A DNA stretch of 64,000 nt. Source: Patellaria atrata CBS 101060. Taxonomy: Eukaryota. The stretch covers positions 434,001-498,000 of the forward strand of contig MU006099.1 in assembly GCA_010093705.1 (NCBI GenBank). The letters run 5' to 3'. Of this stretch, positions 40,211-51,690 are shown piece after piece. A model generated the notes under the pieces. That model was not told where the DNA came from, did not search any database, and saw only the letters and a list, made by a program, of their open reading frames with translations. A program made the position numbers and the translations under genes. Within the stretch, counting starts at the first letter, position 1; each line of letters opens with the position of its first letter.

Positions 40211-41202
40211 CTATTCTCCAGCATCGCCGTTGGTGTTTGACTCAATTAGTGCGGACTTGTTTAGTGCTATGGGGTCCCTCGGTTCGATTGGATCTGTCGT
40301 CTTGAAAACGCTGTTCTCTTAGTATGTCCAAGGAGCCTCGCAGTGAGACGGTACCACTTACAGATGTTGCTCGTAGTACTGAAGCATCTTTTGAGGACAC
40401 TTCTGATTGATAGTAGCGAGTCGGTGCACGCTCTTGTTTCCGTTATTCCACACAATATACGCGTGACGTGTCTTCTCACCCGTAGTTGGGTCAGGTTTCT
40501 CCTCAACCGTATCGATGGCCATCACCTCGTTCTCCCAGCTCCCCTTCGGTGGCTGCCATTCTCGTTTGAACTTTGGTGGTGCTTCTGAGGTTGCTGAACC
40601 CGACGATTCCCGCTTCATCTTTTTCCTTCCCCGGCCTCCTTTCTCCTTTTCAATTGGAGTCGCCGCTGCGCTTGTGGAGATCTTCCGTTTGGCCTCCTTC
40701 TTTGGCAGTACGGGTCTACCACCGATTTTCTTAAAGTATGCTGCAAGGGCTTCGGGTGCGGTTTCCAGATTTTCCTCCGGCTCCCATGTCATATCATCCT
40801 TACTGTTGTATCCTTGCCATTTGACTTGGTAGTAGAGCTCCTACTATCTGGTTAACGTTTCTATTGCGAGAGACATGGTGTCAGTCGTAGCTCACTTTGC
40901 CGGCGAACTTGTGTCCCATGATCTTTTCTACGACATATCTGAAGTAGTGAGTTAGCCTCGCCTCTTGATTGTCAAGTTGATCGTATACTCCTCTGTATCG
41001 CCCTCTTCCTCATCCTCCTCTGCAATATCGTCCTCGTCCTCTGACTCAGCCTTCGCCGTCACTTTCTTTGCAGGAATAGCGTCACTACTTCCTGACTGTG
41101 AAGCTTCATCATCGCTTATGGCAGCTATTTAGATCGAAGTCAGTCTGGATACATTACAAAGGCGCGGTGGGTGCAACTGATGTGAGGGGGCGTACGAGGC
41201 AT
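40211..41202 (-). CDS. HP1: Heterochromatin protein 1 (HP1/Swi6/hpo): chromodomain + chromoshadow domain. Exons 41196-41202, 40989-41124, 40896-40938, 40362-40840, 40211-40310
   Basis: Acidic N-terminus, EEYVVEKIMGHK..YYQVKWQGY..DMTWEPEENL chromodomain, basic hinge, SWENEVMAIDTV..YIVWNNG..INQKCPQKMLQYYEQHLVF chromoshadow domain. Confidence 0.93.
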
Positions 41203-41609
41203 TTCGTCAATTGGCCGCGCGAGTTGACGTGACGGTATCTATACAACCAGTGGTTGAAGGATCTAAACGCGGTCGCAAACTGATACCTTGAGTGATATCT
41301 TTGAAATTGAGTATGCTATGTTCTCAGGTGAAATGGTAGCTTTGAAAGATGCGACGAACCAGGAAGCTTGTTGATGAGCTTGGAAGGTGGATTTGTCGCG
41401 TAACGGTCGGAACTAGAGCTTCGCGAGGGTCTTCAAAATCACGTGCAGGGATTTTCGATATCGCCGCAACTTTTTTGACATCAACAGCTCCGCGAACCCC
41501 ACATAACGTCGAACACGTCCTTTTCCTACTCCGCTGGTGCGAAATAATCGCACACTGTATATTCTTTTGAACACGCCTAGGAATTTCTAATATCTAGCAA
41601 ACCAACAGT
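41203..41609. promoter_or_regulatory. Short bidirectional promoter between HP1 and CCT5
   Basis: Divergent ATGs separated by 407 bp; contains CGCG-type motifs (acgcg, tcgcgt, tcgcga). Confidence 0.55.
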
Positions 41610-44600
41610 ATGGCAATGCGTAAGTAATTCCAATATGCATTTTCTAAGCTTGAAATCTGTAAAGCTATATCTAGAGCATATGTCCTTTTCTTCTCAAGCA
41701 AAATGCTAATGTTTACGGTTCACAGAAATTGATATGTCGCAAGGTATGCCTCAAACGCTCCGTTATATCCCATGTTCTCCCCGTTACCCCGTCCCAGGCA
41801 GCTAATATTGGTTCGTACAGCCCAAGTGATGAAGGATGAGTCGGGCAGGCCTTTTATAATAGTTAGAGAGTACGTCTTATATTCAGGGAGCTAGTAACAG
41901 GGCGTTGTATGGGTTAAAAATGTGTGTTGACTATCGGTAGCCAAGGGAAAAAGAAGAGACAGCACGGCAATGAAGCTGTAAAGTCACATATACTGGCAGC
42001 CCGAACAGTCGCAAATATTGTCAAGACGTCGCTTGTAGGAGATTGTATATCAACATGTACGAGCCATATCTGACGGGATTTCTATAGGGACCTAGAGGGC
42101 TTGATAAGATTCTGATTTCGCCCGACGGAGATATCACAGTGACGAACGATGGCGCAACGATCCTTTCACAAGTACGTAAAATGGCGCACTTTGAAGAGAA
42201 TGTTATGCTGATGTTATGAGATAGATGGAAATTTCTAATAACGTTGCGCGACTCCTGGTAGAACTATCCAAATCGCAAGATGAGGAAATAGGGGATGGTA
42301 CAACTGGCGTGGTTGTTCTCGCAGGAGCTCTATTAGAACAAGCTGCAGACCTCATCGACAAGGGTATTCACCCTATCCGTATAGCCGACGGCTATGACCA
42401 AGCATGCGAGGTAGCAGTGGCAGAGTTGGATAAGATTTGTGACACTATCGACTTTTCCAAGGAGCAAACCTCAAACTTGTTCAAAGTCGCAAAGACAAGT
42501 TTAGGAAGCAAAATTGTTTCCAAAGCACATGACCAGTTTGCACAGATTGCTGTAGACGCCGTATTATCCGTCGCTGATCTGGAACGAAAAGATGTGGATT
42601 TCGAACTTATTAAGGTGGACGGCAAGGTTGGTGGATCTCTAGAAGATACCATACTTGTTAAGGGAGTAGTAGTGGATAAGGACTTTTCACATCCTCAGAT
42701 GCCATCAGAGGTTCGGGACGCCAAACTAGCCATTCTCACCTGCGCTTTCGAACCTCCTAAACCAAAGACGAAGCACAAGCTGGACATATCATCCGTAGAG
42801 GAGTATAAGCGGTTACAGAAATACGAGTCCACGAAGTTTACAGAAATGATACAACAAATAAAGGATACGGGTGCTAATGTGGTAATATGCCAATGGGGTT
42901 TCGACGACGAAGCCAATCACCTACTCTTGACAAACGAACTTCCCGCTGTACGTTGGGTAGGTGGCCCGGAGATCGAGCTCATTGCCATTGCCACGAATGG
43001 AAGGATAGTACCCAGGTTTGAAGATCTGAGCGCGGAAAAACTGGGTAAAGCAGGCATTGTCCGAGAGATGTCGTTTGGCACAACGAGAGATAAGATGCTA
43101 GTGATTGAAGAATGCGCAAATACTCGAGCCGTCACAGTCTTTGTCCGCGGAAGCAATAAGATGGTAGGTCGAGATACGAGCTATTGTTTATGCTATCAAT
43201 TGTACCTGAAAAGGAAGAGGCTGACTAACGAAAAACGTGCTAACTCCCACTGTAGATTATCGACGAAGCAAAGCGCTCGCTTCACGACGCACTCTGTGTC
43301 GTTCGAAATCTAGTTCGCGATAATCGGATAGTCTACGGTGGTGGAGCCGCAGAAATAGCTTGCTCATTAGCCGTGGAGGATGCTGCGGTCAAGGCAAGTT
43401 TCCTCTATATCCAGGATCTACATCAACGTGATTATCAGGAGAAAGTTATTTAACATCACGCGTTGAATAGAGCCCAGGTCTCGAACAGTACGCGATGCGT
43501 GCTTTCGCGGACGCACTCGACAGCGTACCCATGGCTTTGGCCGAGAATTCTGGCTTGAGCCCCATCGAAACGCTAGCGTCGATTAAATCTAAGCAAGTCA
43601 AGGAAAAGAATACTAGACTTGGGGTGGATTGTATGCAGACTGGCAGTAATGGTAAGTCGTTAGCTCCTATTTGCTTATTGGTACAAAAGGTAGCGCTGAG
43701 TGATCACTCTGCGTGCTACATCTCTCTAATTCGTCTGCGCTGCCTATTTTCACCTATTTCAATGAATTTTCTATTCCTCCGCCAACACCGCCCTCAGCGC
43801 TGTACCCGCGCTTGCCTTGATTATTTTTTGAGTTTCCTATTCAGCTTTCTTACATGTCTCTTTTTCTTTGTGATGGTTCAGGTGATGCGTTCCTGAGACT
43901 GTAACATATCCCCATTGGCGTCTCATTAGCACACCGCCATCCGCGTGGGAGACATAACCCCCACGCAGCATACGGACATTTTTTCTTTTGTTCATCCCGC
44001 ACCAGTAGGACACCAGTGGCTGCAGTTATGCGAATTCCCCAACTCTATCATTATTCGCTTCTCGTTCCGTTTTGCGATCTTGGAAGATGCACTCCGCATC
44101 AAGCAGAACACATGAACAACTGCGCAGAATACGGCCGCTGATTCGATCGCCCATCACAGATATGCGCGAACATTTCGTCATCGATCCCTTAATCTCTAAA
44201 CGGCAGCAGCTTCTACTAGCAACTCAGTTGTGCCGAATGGTTCTAAAGGTACGTTTGCTTTTCCATTATAGCTCACTATCTCTCCTCCTCCCAACAACCG
44301 TCAAATCTCCGTTCAACGCCTTCCCGTTTCTGTTCCGTTCCCTCTACCCTTTCTCGAGTCAGTAGTATTCCTACACCCGTCTCTCACAGCCGGTTTCTTC
44401 TACCCACCCGGTGGCGTCCAGCCTCGCATGCTCCACAGCACTCGCACCCTCCCTATCCAGATCTTTTTCGTCCCAACTCCCACGTCCTCGCCAGTGGTCA
44501 CACGAAGCACCGTGCCTCGGACCCCTCTTTTCCCGCTTCTCTGGCAATTTTCCCCCCGCGAAACCCCTCACACCTGGTGGTTGGGTCACGTGGGGCCCAA

Positions 44601-45148
44601 ATAGCTACGAAGTTGCAAAAGTCGGGAAGCTCGTGATGGGCGGAATTGGGGCGCACGGCCCGCCGGTCGTGCCCTTCCCTCATCCGCGATGCCGCGACAA
44701 GCAGGCAGCGCGAAGTGAAGCGAAGGATTTCGTGTCACGCCGGGCGGGAAGGAGCGGGAAGGGAAGGCGGGAGACATCTCTGTGTCACCTTCATCTCTGA
44801 CCACCACTCCGATCCTTCAAAGAGATTACGGTCCTCTCCGTGCCCGTTTCGTGGGCACGATTTCTATATTTTCTATTCCCGTGCCTCTTATAGGTCGGAT
44901 TTATCCTGTCCTTATCGCGGTGCGGTAGCGAGACGTGCCGTTGGAAGGAAGCACCACTGTCCCGAGGGTGCGGGTGGGATCGGCTTCCTTGTCTGGTCTC
45001 CTCATGCTCTCTCAACATCTCTGTTTTTCGTACCTACCTACCTTTTTGCTACTTACTCTTGGTTTCTTTTGTGTGAATGAGAGGGATGTACTGACAGTAT
45101 CAGATTAACAACGTCATCATCGCCGGCAGCGACGAGAACGATTTCTAA
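41610..45148 (+). CDS. CCT5: T-complex protein 1 subunit epsilon (CCT/TRiC chaperonin), multi-exon; last two introns 43652-44159 and 44249-45103
   Basis: [78 protein letters not shown] motifs; terminal exons [47 protein letters not shown]. Confidence 0.97.
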
Positions 45149-46321
45149 CCAACCCTCCCCCGTCCCTTCCTCCCCTCTTTCCCCCATAAAGAAACACAGT
45201 CATCCTGCACAGCTCAGCATCTCTTGATACCTTACCCATTGTAACGTTCACCCAGCAATCGGTCCGACTCCACTTTCCCGCCGACGACGGATCTGTGGCG
45301 TTCGCCATCTTTTAACGATTTCTTTAAAAAAAAAATTTCTCTTCTAGCCAAAACGTCTGCATGAGGGGTACGGGCACTACGATTATCCTGAATTGCCGGC
45401 CTGGCTGGGGTGGGCAACGGAGAAAATGAAGGATCGGGAGGATTTTGGAGTGGTGTGCATGTGGCTGAGAACGCCTGTTTGTTGGTGAACTTGGGGAACT
45501 ACCGGGATGGGGAGGGGTGCATTTGTGGCGTTTCTCTTGTGTCTATAGAAAACTACAAAGTATGAAGTTGGGAAGATAGAAAAAGGTCATGCGAATTATG
45601 AGGTGATAGATGTCTTTTGTGGTACTCATATCGTGATCATGTGCCATGAATCCACTATACATCCTCCCCAAACCGTCGCTGATACCCCTCGCTTTCCGTC
45701 ATCGGGAACTTCCCAACGTAAGAAGAGGCTGGATCTGCGGTAGACGTACGGATAGGGATAAGTATAGGAACTACAGTACGAACGGATAGACAACCGATCC
45801 TTCCATTTACGAACCTACGGACCTACGCACCTTACGAACTGAGACTGGGGTTGTTACTTGTACAGTACCTTAGGTATGATGAGGTGCGATACAAGCATTC
45901 CCCAGCTTCCCTAGAATCCTGCTGTATGTTTAAAATTCCACGTATGTACTGTACGTATGGACGAGGATCAGGTGTTCCAGACTTTCTGATAGTTTGATAT
46001 ATGGTTATGGATGCTGGTATGGATATCTGGCAGCTTCTACCGTAATGCAGGAACGGGTGTAGTTCTTGGAAGTTGTAGAATTGGGATTGGGATTCGGTCT
46101 ATGGAGAATCTCGAAGGTTGAGTTGAGAAGGTAAGTTTGACTCAAACTCAAAATGGGATTTAATCACGAGAAACGGGACGAGAGGGAGTAAGTTATCGTT
46201 GCGACGTTCTTGATACCTGTATCGAAGACGATAGAACTGGTATAAGGACCTTCCCGACGTCTCTGATATTCCAGAACATGTGCATACAGGGAAGTCTCTA
46301 CTCGAGGTACTGTACGCATCC

Positions 46322-46325
<4 letters not shown>

Positions 46326-46386
<61 letters not shown>
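46326..46386. repeat. Perfect (TG)30 microsatellite
   Basis: Uninterrupted TG dinucleotide run between two convergent genes. Confidence 0.98.
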
Positions 46387-46389
<3 letters not shown>

Positions 46390-46603
46390 ATACCGTACAG
46401 TACCTCCATGCCCCCTACCAACCTCAATTCCCAAACCCGACTCCGCAAACCCCCTAGCAGCAGACTCACCTCTTTCACCCTCCCAACCCGCGCGAGGTGT
46501 CCACATAGCACCGAAAGCGCCGGAAGATGGTGAGACTTTGAGTACCGACACGTGGGATCACCGGGATGTCCAGTGGACGCTGCGAATGCACGCATGCGGC
46601 ATG

Positions 46604-49600
46604 CTATGCCTTCGGTTTCGTGCCCGGTCGGCGCTTGTATTTGCGTGGGTCTGTAAAGTATCAGTATCCATCGATGTGCCTGAATGGTTAAAAATGGCTG
46701 GGTAAGGGGTTGGGTTGAAAGGGTATGAAAGATGTGATGGGGTTTGCTACTGTATCGCTGGACGCCGTTGGAGACCAGACGGGAAGGGAAGGGGTCGGGA
46801 CTAGGTCTATGGATAGAAGGAGCGGCAAATGTACTGTAGCAACGTTACACCGCAGGAGATGGTGTTGAGGAGAGGTGGGATTCGAGATTTTCTGGAAGGA
46901 CGCTAGAACGGAGTGGATACTGGGATGGAAGGATGGGAAGATGATATGGTAAGGTAGTAGATGCGGTACGTACCTTTTCTCGACATGCGAGCTTTATCCC
47001 GTGTGCCTGCATTTTGAAAACATCAAATGTTAGCTACTGTGAGTGAAGATTGCACGAAAAGTCCTTCTTTTGTGGATACTGTATCCGGTTCGTCACCCAT
47101 AATTGTGGGTTGCGGGCGTTACTGTAAGTTTGTTCTTCATTTCCATCGGGAAACTTCCAGTTCGAGATGCCAGGACCGATAGTCCTAGTATACTCCCACA
47201 GCCATGATGCCAAAGAGGGATCCAAGACTCCAATGCAGCTGAGACCAAGGCTCTTGAAATGCAAATGTGAGATATCCTCTTCCCCTCCGCGATCTCGAAA
47301 AGCTGAGTCCCTTCATCAACGGACTTCCATAAAACTAAGTGCTTCCTTAGGCATCTGCAAGCTGCAGCCCTACCCCAAACACCCCCGTGCACCCCCAAAG
47401 ACCACTACCAGATCCGGAAATATTCCAGCAACAAGCGTCGGACTCGATATTGGTTCATGACTCTCCAATTGCAGGTAGTAGGCCCGATAGCTTTTGCGCT
47501 TGCAACGAACGGATCGCGCACTAAAGACGTTGGTGTGGGTGGGGGTAACCCCCGTAACCCCCATCATGCCCGGTTGCGCTGCATTGACGTATCTTGACCC
47601 AAATGGGAAGGTCCCGGAAGGATAGTTGCGCACGTGGGAGCAAGGAAGGAGGGAAGCGTAGAATGGTTCTTGATGCCTCTAGATAGGCAGTCGAGCGTTC
47701 TGAACGATTATTGCTGGTGGTGCTGTTTTCGAGTCTGATGATCGTTTCGGGGTTCGCTTGCTGGATCTCGATCGACTCTCTCGTGGGGTGGGAAAACCGA
47801 GGTCCAGGACGATGGTTTGGGAGAGCTCTCCCAGCTGCTGCAACCAGTTTCGGTTCACGGCGAAGATGAAGTAGAGCTTCCAGCGAGTTTTTCCACGTGA
47901 ATCCGAATTTTGAATCAAATGAAATCATTTTTGCTTACCTTTTCCACCTTCCCAAAAACCGGTGCTTTTCTTACCGGTCAACGCCGAGTGGCATATCCCG
48001 CAGTCTTCTGGACGGTAGTTTTGTTCCCTTGAACCTAGATAGAGGAAGTTCCTTGTTAGCGTTTTGGATAGTTCGATGGTCGTTTTCAGGTACGGTAGTC
48101 ATGTAACTGGCGGAGAAAGCACCGCGAATGTATGTGATAGGGAGATGAAGACGAATGTATCCTTACAGAGGCCACTGTATATACCGTATTTGTTAGTAAA
48201 TGTTACATGATAACATAAGAGAGAAAACGATCCGACTAGAGATCAAGACGTAGAATATAGAAAGGGTAGGTAAACGTCAATAGCCAAGTGCCATGACATT
48301 ATTTAAGGTGATGTGGGGTGAAAACGTCTCAGTGGAGCAAAGGTATCTGTACGCGTACAGGTACTGTACAGCTGTACAGTACGCTGCATAACATAGCATC
48401 TTGATAGAGAATACTAATGTATCTCCAAGATATTGATGCCGTGTAATACAAATTATCCCGAGTCACAAACGGAAAAATTATAACATAAAGTTGCACTCAC
48501 CAAATCATTCTATTCGCATGTTCATTTGGATGATCGCTAGCCTCATCATGGCATCTGTGAAAGATTGATGAGTTGTCAGTCACCCGCTCAACTACTGCGG
48601 TCGTTCATATGCCACAAGTCCGTAGCGCTCCCGCTCGCGCGTCACAGATTTTAACAGCCGCAAAGGACGGGGGGGAAATGACCAACCTGTCGCACGGGAA
48701 CACTTTCTGGCAGCAAGAAAACCTACAGAAAGATCATCTTGTCAGCTGCGGATTTCGCTGATGATGCAGGAGAGCGATCAATATACCTAAACCATCGATA
48801 TGACTTCGCATAGTGTCTACAACGGCCCCGTTTAGGCAATTCCTCGCCCGCCGTAATTCCAAGCTTTTCCTTGACCTGTAGGGAGACATGAATCAGGTTA
48901 TTTCCCTCATGACTCTATTCTGACGGAAGGAAGTCTGTCCCTGCAGACTGTAAACGTGCGCGCGGCGGGCATCGAAACATTTCTCCTGAGAATATGAAGG
49001 AAATCACCCACCTTCTTTCGAAGAACGGTGTTGATAGCGCGAACTATTACGACTCAGAATGCTGACCCACAATCGGCTTGGCCGATGTTGGTCGAAAAGC
49101 TTCACGCTGTTGACTACCGAGGTAGCTACTGTATGTGTGCCGTGTACTAGACGACCAACGATCTGTCGGGATGATGTAACTTACCAGTCGCGGTGTTCAC
49201 ACGTAGAAACTTCACCTCTGGAATGCGGAACGCTATAGTAGAAAGTTATTAGGACTGTAACCTCATCGTGTCCTGATCGCAGCTTGATTATCATACTCAT
49301 CTTGCGGTGACACTCTCGGCATATTGCTATAGCAGACTCCCCTCTCACTGAGACAACTCCTGGATCGGAATAAGGGGTTGAACATTCGGAACATGTCGGC
49401 GTGAAAGTGCTAGTACGCTCGGTCAATGCTATGTATACACTCTCTCGGCGAGAATGATAATACCTTGGTAGGAGATCGACCACGGTACAACCATCGAGGT
49501 CAAGATATCCTGCTCGTGCGGAATTGGCATGCATCATGTCCATTCGATAGCCTCAAATCAGCAAGTCAGTACAGTTTCATAACCCCCTTTAGAGATTCAA

Positions 49601-51690
49601 AGTCACCTATTCCTAGAGGATTGGTACATTTCTTGCACGTCTGCTCTCGTATGCCTGAATGATCGCCTTTGATATTGTTTCGAATGTTAGATACATCCAT
49701 TATGTCCTTGCAACGATCGCACTTGATCGTGATGCTAAGAGAGCGCAACTCGAGAAGTTCAATGCCGTGAAGTTCAAGGTGAGGAAAGGAAATTGCTACG
49801 CCTCGCTCTAACGCCGCCGCTCCCTGTTGCTCTGATGATTCTACCGTCTCTTCCTCCCCTTCAGTATCGTCGCCAGTCTCTTCATCGGAGTCGTAGCTAG
49901 AATACTCGTCGGAATCATTTTCTTCATCATCCTTACCTACCGTCCACTCCGGGGGCCTAGGGATAGTGATTACATGGCTACGATTCTCTGATTCTTCGAG
50001 AGCGTTGTTTGTTGGTAAGTTCGGCTCTTTGCGTTCCTCAATAGTAAATTGTGACATATCGGTGACTATGTTTTGCTCGGGAACAGCCGTCCGAACGCTC
50101 ATTACGTGCATATTTTGTGACAAGTAATTGATATGTGCCATCAAAGACATGTCAGAGTATTGCTGCGCACGTTCTTTAAATGCCGTCTCTACTGGCTCAG
50201 CGGCCTCTCGTGAAACACCCAGTACTTCGATAGTACATGGTTCCAAGTTATAGTCAAAAGGAACGGTAATTTTAATAATCTTTACAGCTTGAAGAGGAAT
50301 TGTGAGGTCCTGTCTCTTTCTTGGCTCGACCGGAATAGTATAATCCATACCACTTGACGATTTGAAGAAATTAGGGAGCCTCCCTAGCCGCGCTTCTAGC
50401 TGCCGCGTCTCTAAGATCCGCTTTTTCTCTGCTAAAGCTCTCTGCTCTGTTGTGTAAGATGGTAAGGACTTTGAAGGATTCACCGTTACGTGAACGGTAA
50501 GATCTTTCTTCTGCGTATGTTTAATCTCACTCACCGTTACGTTACTAGCAGATGCAGGAGCTTTGGACTCCTTGTTAGTATGCTTGACAAGCTTGATAGT
50601 ATCGGCTTTTTGCGCTGACAGTATCCCTTCAAGCTGCTTATCCAGGGTATTAAGCATCTGTAAGAGCGTAGCTCCAGGCGACGATGCAGCAATGGCATCA
50701 AAGCCCCTTTCGACATTGATCTGAAAGCCCCGCTCTAATTCCTTGTTGGTTACGCGGAGGCTAGGAAACTCGTCCTTGGGGTAATTTCGTGGCACGGTGA
50801 GGACGCATTGCAGAGCCTGAATATCATATGGGAAGTCCGGATCGGACGGGATCAACCTAAAGGCAAAGACCGTCCCGTCATCCTTTGGAGAGTATCTCCG
50901 ACGGATCTGGGATATCTGGAATTCCCATGGGTCCTCAACCTGGCCCCGTGGGACAGGACGTTGCACAATACGAGAGCTGTCGACGGGCGGTGCGACATAT
51001 TGGCGGGCTGAACCGGGAGCTACCCGTGACGATCTTGGATTTCGTTCCTGATCCGTGACCGAACTACCATGCCCGCGATCAGACGATTCGGGTTGATGCT
51101 TTCGTGACTTGCTTTGAGACTGCTCGGTTTGCGGCGGATTCGCGGCCTGCAATCTTGAAGCATCGTGGAGGTATGGACAAGCGTCGCCAGCCCTGCAGCC
51201 TAACATTAAATCATGTCAAATCAGTACCAAGCCAGGAAAAGCACTTCTTGACACAAGGAGGAGGTGAGGTTGCTGATTTGATATCCCCCCACGAGACGGG
51301 AGGACGAACCCCCACGGATATAGAACACAAAAAAGGGACATCAACAATGATGTGAAATGCTAATAGACGAAGCTCTAAAGAAACTAACGTAATGATTACC
51401 TGACCTGGTCGCGAAGAAACGACACAGCTGATTTCTCTTTCGGCGTGGCGCAGAAGCCTGAGGGTGATGGCCGTGAGGCTGAGATGATGCCACATCAGAG
51501 GTTGCAGGGCCTGGAATTATTATTGAACATCAGTACAGCAGCAGATGACCAGAGGTGCAGCGGCGGCTAGACAACGCATCAAGGGCCGTCAGGAGCCGTT
51601 TAGGGGACGTCACGTACCGGATTGTCCACCGTGATTGGGGTCAATGGGCGGGGCGGCATCGCAGTTGCCTGATGGGATTTCCGATTGCAT
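46604..51690 (-). CDS. CCCH zinc finger + RWD/UBC-like segments + C-terminal CHY-type zinc-finger protein, about 14 exons including an 8-nt microexon
   Basis: Spliced LCRFFATRSG|CRAGDACPYLH; PSDPDFPYDI..VPRNYP; C-terminal GRCRHYAKSYRWFR|FSCCQKVFPCDR|CHDEASDHPNEHANRMIC|GLC|SREQNYRPEDCGICHS..GFWEGGKG|TRDKARMSRK|DPRKYKRRPGTKPKA*. Confidence 0.88.

Noticed and set aside
43890..43915. TPP riboswitch (ctgaga..atatccc) in the CCT5 intron
   Set aside because: The downstream GAACYUGAU..CGNAGGGA core is absent and the host gene is unrelated to thiamine
44365..44373. snR30/U17 m1-like motif (gtattccta) in the last CCT5 intron
   Set aside because: Imperfect match, and no AAACCAU m2 motif opposite it
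46099..46705. ORFs with HT/CV repeats
   Set aside because: Artefacts of the (TG)n microsatellite
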